Origin: Octopus sinensis
Taxonomy: Eukaryota
Direction: 5' to 3'
Length of the DNA stretch: 64,000 bases
Assembly (NCBI RefSeq): GCF_006345805.1
Contig: NC_043006.1
Location: 65,844,001 to 65,908,000 of the forward strand
The translations under genes were made by a program, and so were the position numbers. Positions 51,330-62,200 of the stretch are shown one piece after another (the stretch's first letter is position 1; the number at the start of each line of letters is the position of its first letter). The notes under the pieces were generated by a model. The model saw only the letters and a program-made list of their open reading frames with translations, did not search any database and was not told the DNA's origin.

Positions 51330-52420
51330 GAAGTAGAAGATGTGAATCCTGAAAAGTACAGTACTCAGAATGTTGCATATATGCATAAGGCTTATAGCTT
51401 GGAAAACAGGCAGGAAAATATAGAAATCACATCTAGAGAATGTGAAGTGGATACTATTAATAGTAGAACTTTTAAATGCAATTGTGCAAGGAATAGATCG
51501 GTCCGCTTAACTCTAATTGTAGGTATAAAAATATCATATACAGATGTAAGACTACTTCAGAGAATGGAGAGTATTTCTATATAGGAGCTAGCTCATGTTA
51601 TATTATGCAGAGAATTACCAATCATTTAAGCTCATTTAGAAATAGGAACAAAATGAATACTACCAGCCTTAGTAAGCTAATTTGGGCACTAAAAGATAGT
51701 AACAAAGTAGTTTCTATTGCTTGGGAAATAATTAGTAAGGCAAAACCTTATAGAAGTGGTGATAATAGATGTGACTTTTGTGTGGAAGAAATGTACCAAA
51801 TTTTCACTTCTAAATTTACTCTTATAAATACCAGGCAGGAACAGGCTATAGGATGTCCACACTGGACAAAATTTAAATGATTTGAATAAACATAATATAC
51901 CATTTATAGTAATTATACGAGTTAAAATAATGATTGTGATAATTAATGATATTTATGTAAATAATACTAGTAGATATAATAATAATAATGTCAATAATAA
52001 TAATTGAGGGTATAAACCCAAAATAAGTGAAGTACCTCTGAATAAATAATGTACTCCATACAGTAAAATGTAAACAAAACTGCGACAATTAACTATAATA
52101 TAAATGAACATTTTAGAACCACAATTCAACTGTAATACCAGTAGAGGTGATTATAAGACCAAAATTCAATTTGATTTTTAAAAATAATGCTATCATCTTC
52201 AACTGAATACCAATGAAGGAAGTTTGTTTGAATTAGTTCACTTTGAAAACATCGTATGTGATGGGTCCTTGATGAAATTGCAGTGACTAGGATGCATAAT
52301 TGCATACAGAGCAATGTGCAGTTGCTGCAGTAGGAACATATGTTGGTCATTGTTATATATGCTGTCAGAAACTTTTTAATAAAGTTTTGAATGTGAATAA
52401 ATCTCCATTCTCCTCTTGGG
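51330..52420 (+). mobile_element. Penelope-like element 3' fragment (GIY-YIG endonuclease)
   Basis: KCNC linker, then a frameshift to PLNSNCRYKNIIYRCKTT...YFYIGASS...QRITNHLSSFRN...LSKLIWALKD...KAKPY...RCDFCVEE...GCPHWTKFK* (to 51880). This is a PLE-type GIY-YIG domain with a C-terminal CxxC...CxH. The AT-rich 3' tail end is approximate. Confidence 0.85.
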
Positions 52421-53181
52421 TTTCAATTATATATATATCTGTATGTATGTATGCATGTATGTATCATCATCATCGTTTAACGTCTGTTTTCCATGCTGGC
52501 ATGGGTTGGACGGTTTGACTGGGGACTGGTAAGCCGGGAGGCTGCACCAGGCTCCAATCTGTTCTGGCAAGGTTTCTACAGCTGGATGCCCTTTCTAATG
52601 CCAACCACTCCAAGAGTGTAGTGGGTGCTTTTTACATGCCACCGGCATGGAGCCAGTCAGGCTGCACTGACAATGACCATGATCAAATGGTGCTTTTTAC
52701 ATGCCACCAGCACAAGAACCAGTCAGGCAGCACTGGCATCAACCACTTTCAGATGGTGTTTTTTACATGCCACCGGCATGGGAGCCAGTCAGGTGGCACT
52801 GGCATCGGCTACTATATCCTTAGTTGTGTTGCTAGATTAGGTCACTTAGATAAGAGAAGCTATCAACCTTCTGAGCATTACAAAGAACTTATTATACTTG
52901 TGTTCCAGGAGGTGGGGGGGGGGCTCACTACTTCTGTATATCTACAACAAGCAATGGTCTTGTCTATCATTTGCTTTTGATTCCGCTACACCTCTTTTGG
53001 AACTATAGATTACATAGGGTTCACTGAATGGAATCTTTATATACCCCTCTTCTGTATATGGAGCATGGCCATTTCCTTACTTGGAAACAAGTGAGAGTTG
53101 GTAACAGGAAGAGCATCCAGCTGTAGAAAATCTGCCTCAACAAAATTCCATCTGAAAATCACATCAAATGGTGGTGACTAT

Positions 53182-53227
<46 letters not shown>

Positions 53228-53434
53228 GCATTTACATATATTACATTTGGCCTTGGTGAAGAGGATCAGCCTGCAAGAGTCTTGTGTCAGTGCCACATAA
53301 AAAGCACTTGTGCCAATGTCACATTAAAAGCACATTTTGTGAAGTGGTTGGCATTAGGAAGGGCATCCAGCTGTAGAAACCAAACCAACCCATGCTAGCA
53401 TGGAAAGCAGATGTTAAAAGATGATGATGAATTA

Positions 53435-53835
53435 GAATTGAATGGGAAAGTTTAGGGTGCTATTATCTTTTTGACAACAAGGGATGTGTATGAACTGTGG
53501 TGCTGCATGATAGTGAGACATGGGTACTGAATGTAGGGGCTGTGTAAGGGTTGACTCACTGGGGTGTAGTGTTATTGTGCTAGAATGATGAGATACAGAA
53601 AAATTGGCATCAAAAAGAGGTGTCAATTGTAGTGTACAGGAGTGATGACTATACTGGTCTGGACATGTGATGTGTAAGGAGGACAACAGGTAAATACAAG
53701 TGGTGCAGTGCCAGGAGATTTTATTTGGAAGGGTTTAATAGAGGAGGAAAACCAAAGAAGACATGGGCAGAAATAGTGAAGGCTGTCTCAGAAAGCTGGA
53801 CAAAGGAATGCAACAAGTGATGGGATGCTGTGTTG
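53435..53835 (+). mobile_element. Decayed RTE LINE 3' fragment
   Basis: Remnants of VVLHxSETW, WxGHVM and GxPxKTWxExV motifs in shifting frames. Confidence 0.55.
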
Positions 53836-53920
53836 GAGAGGATTTGTTCAATTCACCAAGAATAGAAAAACAAACATAAAAATGATAATGGTTTATCTCT
53901 TTCTTTCTCTTTCTTTTCAG

Positions 53921-53983
53921 TTGTCAAAGACGATTGTAGACAAAGCTTTCCAAGTTGGCATCAATTTCTTTGACACAGCTGAG
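53921..53983 (+). CDS. Aldo-keto reductase, coding exon 2 (catalytic Asp)
   Basis: ttcttttcag|LSKTIVDKAFQVGINFFDTAE|gtaagc; GINFFDTA motif. 63 nt, phase 0/0. Confidence 0.93.
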
Positions 53984-54029
53984 GTAAGCAGACGTTTTGT
54001 TTGTTTATTATGTTTGTATTTAGAGGTGT

Positions 54030-54395
54030 GCGTGGACATGTGGTGTAGACTTATGTGTGTGTGTGTGGATATGTGTGGTGTAGACTTGTTTGTGTGTGTG
54101 TGCATGTGTGCAGGTATATCTGTGTGTGTGTGTGGGGTAGGCTTGTTTGTGTGTGTGTGCAGGTATATCTGTAGATCTGTGTGTGTGTGGGTATGTGTGG
54201 TGTAGACTTGTTTGTTTGCATGTGTGTGTAGGTATATCTGGATCTGTGTGTGTGTGTGGATATGTGTGATGTAGACTTGTTTGTCTGTGTGTGTGTGCAG
54301 GCATATCTGTGTGTGGATATGTGTGGTGTAGACTTGTGTGTGTGTGTGTGTGTGTGCAGGTATACCTGTAGATCTCTGTGGGTATGTGTGTGAGA
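54030..54395 (+). repeat. TG-rich minisatellite
   Basis: About six degenerate units of gtggatatgtgtggtgtagacttgtttg(tg)ncaggtatatctg, starting about 45 nt after the AKR exon 2 donor. Confidence 0.85.
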
Positions 54396-54792
54396 GGATG
54401 CTTAGTTGTGTCTGTTGATGAGGCTGTGTGTGTGTGTGTTTACACACATTTGCACAAATGTGTTAAAGCATGTGTTGATGCATCTCTGTGGATGTATGTG
54501 TGAAGATGTCTACGTGTATGTGGACAAATCAGTAAAAGAATGTGTGTGTTGCTGACGTAACTAAATTTATTGTTCATTGTACAATAAATACTTTGGATAA
54601 TTACTAATTGTAATTAATATGTGAATATATATTTTAGTTTTTGCATGTTCTGCATAATATGTGTAAATATGTGTATGCTTCTATATATGCTTGTGTACAT
54701 ATATGTAAGTGCATGTGTGAATATATGAGCAGGTGTGTGTGTGTATACTTGTAATATTGTCAGATAAATTTGTTTTTTTCCATTTATTTTAA

Positions 54793-54896
54793 CCCTTTAA
54801 CATTCAAACCCGCCTTAAACAAGATAATGCAGGATTAATACAAACCTTTGTGAATAAATAAACCTTAGGTTTGACAGTAATCTGAATGCTGAAAGG
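54793..54896. mobile_element. piggyBac-like MITE (TTAA target)
   Basis: TTAA|ccctttaacattca...tgaatgctgaaagg|TTAA. Related ends also occur near 16300, 24570 and 59430. Confidence 0.6.
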
Positions 54897-55380
54897 TTAA
54901 TCTTTCCAATGTTATCTGAATAAAGACAGAAATATTTTTATTGCAGTGTTTTATGGGGTTTTTGTAGCTCTAGTCTTCTACAACTTGTGCTTATTGTTTT
55001 TGGAATTCAAATAAAGTTTACCTCAGACATAGGAAAATGGAATGCCAAGTACAGAAAAATTTTGATCTGACATCCCAATGCATGTCTTTCTCTAGTGTGT
55101 ATATTTATGCTGGAATCACCATCATCATCATTTAATGTCTGCTGTCCATGCTGGCATGGGTTGGATGGTTTGACTAGAGCTGGTAATCCGAGGGGCTACA
55201 TCAGACTCCAGTCTGATTTGGCATGGTTTCTACAGCTGGATGCTCTTCCTAACACCAACCACTCCAAGAGTGTAATGGGTGCTTTTACGTGCCACCGGCA
55301 CAGGTGCCACTTGCATGACATAATGTATTTATTTTTTTCCATCGTTTGTAAGTCTTATGAATCTTTCTATTCTGAACCAG

Positions 55381-55566
55381 GCATATCCCCGCTCTGAAGG
55401 TGTCCTTGGAAAATGTCTAGAAGGAAGACGCCACAATGCTGTGATTGCAACCAAGTATGGTTTCCGTTCCACTGGTCCCAGTGAGAGCTACACAGCTGAA
55501 GCTATTGATGCTGCTATCACTACCTCCCTACAGAGCTTAAAAACCAACTACATCGATATCTATCAG
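55381..55566 (+). CDS. Aldo-keto reductase, coding exon 3 (catalytic Tyr and Lys)
   Basis: tctgaaccag|AYPRSEGVLGKCLEGRRHNAVIATKYGFRSTGPSESYTAEAIDAAITTSLQSLKTNYIDIYQ|gtaaga. 186 nt, phase 0/0. Confidence 0.93.
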
Positions 55567-56598
55567 GTAAGATATAACATTAAGCATTGGTAGTGTTAAT
55601 GAAGAGTCAGGCCAAGGACCTATCTCCAAATGTATGTTCTTTAAAATAAAACCTTCATTGATCCACTTTCTTGAAAATTTGCCATATATACCTGTGTATA
55701 AGATGTGCTTTTTTTATTCTTAAATGTAACAAAAGAATTGCTATGTGTCTAATGAGACTATTATAGTTGAGATACTAAGTATATGATGAAATATTGCTTT
55801 TTTCCACTAAAAAGCAAGGTATTTGTGTGTGTGTGTGCGTTATACATTAGCAAATATGGTTGTTTTAAGTATTGATTTCAAAATTTGTGGTACAAGCCTG
55901 TAAGTTTATCAGTTCTGTATTCATTTGTTTGATTATTTTTTGCTAGTGTGGTGATCATTATATAATATATAAATTCACATTATATATATATATATATATA
56001 TATAAATTCACAATGAACTCAAACCCACAAGTGAGACAGAGACAGGCAGAAACAAGGAAAATGCCCCTTGTATTTGAATACTATGCAAGTATTCTTTTAA
56101 AAAACTTTTCATTTAATTTTTCCAAAATTTAATTGTTTTCCATGCTTCCAGTTGAAGAAGTCTCAATGACTGAAACCAGTACTAAAATGCTTTTTATGAT
56201 AAAATCATTTTAGCATTTTCTATCTTGACTTTTTTTCCTTATGTATGTATTATGTATCATACGGGCTGACCAAAGCCTTGTGACTGGATTTGGAAGACAA
56301 AAAATTGTAAGAAGCCCATTGTATGCATGTATGTGTATTTGTGTCTTTATTTGTCTTCCACCACTGCTTGACAACCAGTGTTGGTGTGTTTATGTCCCTA
56401 TATCTTAACGGTTTGACAAAAGAGACCAATAGAAAAAGTACAAGGCTTAAAAAAAAATATGCAATAAGAACTGGCATCAATTCATTTGACTAAAAATTCT
56501 TCAAGGTAGTGCCCCAGCATGGGCACAGTCTAATGACTGAAACAAGTAAAAGATATGTGCTATACACACACATACATATATATGACAGGCTTCTTGTA

Positions 56599-56681
56599 TT
56601 TCGAACCCATGTTCGAAATTTCCCCAAGACACCTGATGAAGGCTGGAGGGTATATCAGCCAAAAAGAACAAGATGAGGGCC
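56599..56681 (+). mobile_element. 83-bp insertion with a hairpin and partial hammerhead core, flanked by an 11-bp TSD
   Basis: ggcttcttgta at 56588-56598 and 56682-56692. Inside: TTTCGAAC-CCAT-GTTCGAAA hairpin and CTGATGA-A-GGCTG(10 nt)CAGCC-AAAAAG. Confidence 0.65.
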
Positions 56682-57085
56682 GGCTTCTTGTAGTTTCCAT
56701 CTGCCATATCCATTCACAAAGCTTTGGACAGCCTCAACTACAGTAGAAGAGCTTTGTCCAAAATGCTCTGTACTGGGACTGAACCCAAAACCATATGGTT
56801 ACGAACTTCTTAACAACTCGGCCATGTCTGGAAGCATTCCCCTTCTTAATACAATACTACAAACTTTCTTTATTATCCTCTCTCTCTTCCCCACACCATA
56901 GATTAAAAGCGAAGCTGCTTCTCAAGACTTCCCTGTGTAGATTCCATCACAATGGTAGCATCCCTCCTGCAGTAATCAAAGAACCTGGCCTGTAAACTGT
57001 ATCCAGACAGGTCAATTATCATACACAAAGGGCTATTTTAATCTAATAATGCATCTGCTGCATATAACAGGTATATTTATATATA

Positions 57086-57116
57086 ACTAGCAGCTAAGCC
57101 CAGTTTCACCCGGTTG
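57086..57116 (-). mobile_element. Helitron-like 3' terminus
   Basis: Reverse complement ccgggtgaaactgggcttagctgctagtt has a short GC hairpin followed by CTAG|T. Confidence 0.4.
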
Positions 57117-57921
57117 GTTTGGATGATGTGGCTGTAAAACCTGCTCTGTGTAAGCATTCGACTTGTTTGGGCACGCTTACATTAAAAAACAATTTTAGAA
57201 TGACTCTTTTCCTTCAAAATGCTAAAAATAACTGACCATCAAAACAAAACTAACCAAGATTCAACCAAATCAAAAAATAAACCCAAATACTAAGTGAACA
57301 AAGATGAACCACCCCACTTCCATTGCACATGCAAAAGCACACGCGCACGCACACATACACACATGTACCCCCACTGGCTTGATCAGACTCAGATTCTGAG
57401 ACTGGAGAAGCCAAGTTTCTATTAAAATCATGTACAACTTTTAGTTGCATGGGGACAAATCAAACAGTTTTAAATAATAATTTATATAACACTTAAATGT
57501 CTTGAGTGCCTTTTTCTTTCATTTGTCACTCACTTGTGTGTGTGTGTCTCTCTGTGTATGTTTATATATGTATGTATATATATAACTGCCATATTTTCTG
57601 GCATACGAGTTGACTTAGTATATGGTGTAAATATTCAAACATTGTCATTATCTTTGCAAATACTGCTGCATTTCGCATGTAACTTTTGGCCCTCTAAAGT
57701 AGTCTTGGTATATAAGTAGGCCTATGTTTTTGAGATTTAAATTTTGATCTGAAAACTTTGACTTGTATGCTGGAAAATATTATTTGAAAATGTTAAAACT
57801 AAACTAAAAAAATAGAAAGAAAGACATCTCCCCAAATCAATGGCTTTGTTAATCTTGCCCATATCTGTTCTCTGTGATTGCTTCTCCCTAATTCCATTCT
57901 GTTGCTCTGTTGTCTTTTTAG

Positions 57922-58080
57922 ATCCATTGGCCAGACATGGTTGCTGACTATACAGCCACTGTTGAAGAATTGAAGAGACAAGTTGCTAAAGGAAGGATAC
58001 ATTATTATGGTGTCTGCAACTTTGGACCGAAAAACATGAAGAGCATTCTTGAAGCTGGTGGTCAACCTATTTCTAACCAG
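57922..58080 (+). CDS. Aldo-keto reductase, coding exon 4 (catalytic His)
   Basis: ctttttag|IHWPDMVADYTATVEELKRQVAKGRIHYYGVCNFGPKNMKSILEAGGQPISNQ|gtatag. 159 nt, phase 0/0. Confidence 0.93.
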
Positions 58081-58778
58081 GTATAGTGATGGTGGAAGAG
58101 GTGAATAGTGATTTTGGGGTAGATGGTGGTGAATGGGGATGTTGGAGGGGGGTGTTAGTGGAATAGTGAAAATGGTGGAGGATGATGGTGGTGGAAGTGA
58201 TGGGTGTTGGTGTAGGTCATGGGAGATAATGGTGGTGTTGCAATGTGTTTTTTTTTTGTCTTTTAATATTTTATTCATGAGGAAGGAGTTGGTCCATCAA
58301 TGACCTTCACTTGTCATGTGAGACTCTTAAGATAAATATGAGTATTTAGCTTGAACATTATAAGTCAATGACTGCAGGAAAAAACATGGACTGGTTGGGT
58401 GTTTCAGAGGGATAATGTTTTGGTGATGAAGGATTTACCATAGGGGTAGTGCAAAGATGGGGTTTGGTCTGGGAATTGTTGGTGTGCATCTAGTTAGTTT
58501 CCAGGATCAGAGGCTGTTGTAATAATTGTAGAATCGGCTGAGTGAGGAGTCAGCACATCTTCAGGATTGGTTGTTATATGTTGGTGAGTGAGAGCTTGGT
58601 AATCAGCTGGATGGCCTTAATTTGGAGATGCGATCAAAGATGTTTGTTGGTGTCTCAACAACATCATCTTAAATAAGGGAACTGTATTCTAATGTGAGTT
58701 TCACTCAAGGTTTATGGAAGTTCTGCAAGCGAGCACAAGCCGAATACGCTAAATACTGAGACACACACACATTTACAT

Positions 58779-58877
58779 GGCAGTACATATACAAAAATTG
58801 GGAAGATACTGAAAAAATTAATGTGGCCCCCCCGTGCAAGGATGACATGCAAAATTCTGAAGCATTCCATATTTTTT
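58779..58877 (+). pseudogene. U6 snRNA pseudogene (intronic, decayed)
   Basis: ggcagtacatatacaaaaattgggaagatactgaaaaaattaatgtggcccccccgtgcaaggatgacatgcaaaattctgaagcattccatatttttt is colinear with U6 from about nt 13 to the 3' U-tract. The ACAGAGA box and AGC triad are mutated. Confidence 0.9.
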
Positions 58878-59784
58878 GTCCAACAATCTTTGAACATTGG
58901 GCATTACAGAAGCAATGATGAAAGACTGAGACTTCTAGAGATATGCTGTGATTGAGAATACCTGGCAAGTAAAGTGAGATCACAGCCATAGCCTATACCA
59001 GTGTCGCATAACCAACCCATTTAAAAAGTACCTTTGAATTGTTGGGCAACATGCTATGCTTCAGGAGACTTATTGAGTCAAGTAAAATTATAAATCAACT
59101 CAATCAAATGGAAATTGTAATTATAGCTGATGCCAGTGCCACCTGACTGGCTCCCCGTGCCGGTAGCATGTAAAAAGCACCATCCTAATATGGCTGATGC
59201 CAGTGCTACCTGACTGGCTTCCATGCCGGTGGCATGTAAAAAGCACCCACTACACTCTCGGAGTGGTTGGCATTAAGAAGGACATCCAACTATAGAAACA
59301 TTGCAAGATCAGATTGGAGCCTGGTGAAGCCTTCTGGCTTGCCAGTCCCCAGTCAAACCGTCAAACCTATGCCAGCATGGAAAACGGACGTTAAACAATG
59401 CTGATGATTTCAGCGTATAATACAGATGTTAACCCTTTAGCATTTAAATCCAGCCAAAATATTTCACCCGTTTTATGTTCACACTGGCTAGATCTGGCCT
59501 CTCACACCTACTACTATGTCATTCTAAAAATAAACAATCACGTTATTAAAATATCAAAGCTATGAGATAATGCTTGATTAATTCAAAATAATGGTAATAA
59601 ATATGTGTTATAATACTGCTATGGGATTAAATCATGGTTTTCAACAGGGGTCCATATAATATTTTGGGGGGTAGATTGTGTAGTATACAATAGTAGATTG
59701 TGGCTCCAAAATAGTTTTTTGGGGCCCCTTGAAAAATTTTGCGTTAGATGTATGTGTTGCAAGAAACAGCTAGGTTTCTTTAAT

Positions 59785-60172
59785 GTTTTATAACCATCTT
59801 GAGCACCTTTTTGAGCTACATGTGTTTAACACATGTGAGCATGGCTACAAAGTCAGAAAACAGCACAGCTCCCATGACTTTCAGAAACATTTTTTCACAC
59901 TCAAAGTTGCTGAAGCATGGAACAAACTACCTGCATCAGTTGTTAGCTGCCAAAGCATTGCATCCTTTAAACCCTCCATGCTTCCTGAAAGTTGCCAACA
60001 CTACACCTGATATCCTGCCTTCCATACACGTGCACACATGTATATTATGACTCATACACTGCTCACTTTCCTGACTTTTGTACATAATTCTATGTACTGT
60101 ACATGCACCTTTGATGAGTTGTAGTGCATCTGAGTACTGTGCACAATAATTTCATTAGTATTATTATTATTA
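59785..60172 (+). mobile_element. CR1/L2-group LINE 3' end
   Basis: FQKHFFTLKVAEAWNKLPASVVSCQSIASFK matches the CR1/L2 C-terminal FFxxRVxxxWNxLP motif. Ends in an (att)n tail. Confidence 0.7.
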
Positions 60173-60246
60173 TACTTCAACCTACTAAAATTGATGTGTG
60201 ATAAATAAAATGGAAATTCTGAAAAACGTTTCTATAAAACTATATA

Positions 60247-60677
60247 GGCATAGGAGTGGCTGTGTGGTAAGTAGCTTGCTTACGAACCGCATGGTTTCGG
60301 GTTCAGTCCCACTGCGTGGCACCTTGGGCAAGTGTCTTCTACTATAGCCTCAGGCCAACCAAAGCCTTGTGAGTGAATTTGGTAGACGAAAACTGAAAGA
60401 AGCCCGTCGTATATATGTATGTATGTATATATATATATGTATGTGTGTGTATATGTTTGTGTGTCTGTGTTTGCCCCCTCCCCCCAGCATCACTTAACAA
60501 CCAATGGTGGTGTGTTTACGTCCCCGTAACTTAGCGGTTTGGCAAAAGTGACCGATAGATTAAGTACTAGGCTTACAAAGAATAAGTCCTGGGGTCAATT
60601 TGCTCGACTAAAGGTGGTGCTCCAACATGACCACAGTCAAATGACTGAAACAAGTAAAAGAAAAAAGAGTAAAAGAG
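60247..60677 (+). mobile_element. tRNA-derived SINE family C (CORE-like ccttgggcaagtg box), near full-length copy
   Basis: tRNA-like head ggagtggctgtgtggtaag...ggttcagtccc, an internal (TA/TG)n tract and a (gagtaaaa) tail. Many other copies, e.g. 1-290(-), 2601-3020(-), 35197-35570(+), 39990-40390(-), 41290-41895(-), 49750-50095(-), 61185-61555(-). Confidence 0.85.
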
Positions 60678-60897
60678 ATACATCGAATGGCTATGGGGGT
60701 CTATTAGAATAAAACAGTAATCATAGGGGTCCATAAGGAAAACATGGTGGAAAATCCCTGGCTTAAATGATGATGACACACTCACACACATACTCTTGTC
60801 TACACACATCTGCATTCACCCGTATACACACATCCGTTCCACCTACGTACACATTCATATACAACCTGTTCAACTTAACCATTCTTTGTCGTTGCAG

Positions 60898-61076
60898 ATA
60901 GGGTACAATTTACTGTGGCGTTCAATCGAACACGAAGTTAAACCAATTTGTATGGAGAAAAACATTTCCATTTTGGCCTACTCACCTCTACAGCAAGGTC
61001 TTCTTTCTGGCAAATACCTGACCCCTGACAGTTTACCTGAGGGTCGACGACGTGGCAAGCTCTTCTCTAAATCCAG
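60898..61076 (+). CDS. Aldo-keto reductase, coding exon 5 (gene continues beyond the window)
   Basis: gttgcag|IGYNLLWRSIEHEVKPICMEKNISILAYSPLQQGLLSGKYLTPDSLPEGRRRGKLFSKS+AG|gtaagg; AYSPL-x-x-GLLSGKY cofactor-binding motif. Confidence 0.93.
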
Positions 61077-62200
61077 GTAAGGACTTGTGACTGAAACCAT
61101 AAAACTCTTAAATTTTGAGTTGTTTTATTTTTTTTTTACTCCTTTTCATTCATCATTATCATTTTCGTGCCTACTTTTCCTTGCTTGCATCTTTTGTTTT
61201 TTACCTGTTTCGGTCATTAGACTGTGGCCATGCTGGGGCACTGCTTTGAAGAAGTTTTATTTGAATGAATTGACTCCAGAACTTATATTTTCTTGAAAGC
61301 TTGTTACTTGTTCTATCGGTCTCATTTTGCTCAACTGTTAAGTTACAGAGACATAAATACACACACCAACACCAGTTGTCACGTGGTGGTGAAGAATAAA
61401 CACACACACGATAGTCTTCATTCAGTTTCCATATACTAAATCCACTCACAGGGCTTTGGTTAGCCACTAGGCTATACTAGAAGACACTTACCCACATTGC
61501 CATGCCATGGGACTGAACCTGGAACCATGTAGTTGGGAAGCAAGCTTCTTATCGCATTTCATGGGTCAGGTGGAATTTGCTGAGGCAAATTTTCAATGGC
61601 TTGATGCCCTTTTTGTTGCCAACCTACTCCTGTTTCCAAATAATGTAATATTTGCCCATCTTCAGATAGGTTTCCATGGAAGATTGGGAACAAAGGACAT
61701 TATCATCTATAATTGTCAGGTGACATCAAGGCAATTCGTGTGTGGCATTTTGTCTGGTACTGTAATTTACAGACCCTAAAAGGCAAGGTTAAAGTTGGTG
61801 GGATTTAAACTATGGATGTGAAAACCCCTAAAACTTACTAGTAATGGTTATATTAATTTTATATCAGAGGGCTGTGTTCACTTATTCTTTCACGAGTTAT
61901 CTTCCCTTGGTAAATACTACCAAGTTGTTACGCTGGTATACACATTATCTTTGTTTTACACACACACATACACACGCGTGCGCATACATACATATATATA
62001 CATACATACATGTCTTCCACACACCGTTTGACAACCGATGTTGGTGTGTTTATGTCCCTGTAACTTAGCATTTCAGCAAAAGAGATTCGCAGAATAAGTA
62101 CCCGGCTTAAAAATGAAATATGTATTGGGGTTGATTCATTCAAGTAAAATTCTTCAAGCGGTGCCCCAGCATGGCCACAGTCTGATGACTGAAACAAATA

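Noticed and set aside
52266-52310. TTGATGA motif in the Penelope 3' tail as a hammerhead
   Set aside because: No GAAA half-core could be placed.
58721-58746. Inverted match to the vertebrate U6 5' end (GTGCTCGCTT) just upstream of the U6 pseudogene
   Set aside because: Only about 10 nt. The pseudogene implies a GTAC-type 5' stem in this species, so it is probably coincidence.
60247-60320. tRNA-like A/B boxes in SINE heads (many copies)
   Set aside because: These are SINE promoters without a cloverleaf, not tRNA genes.
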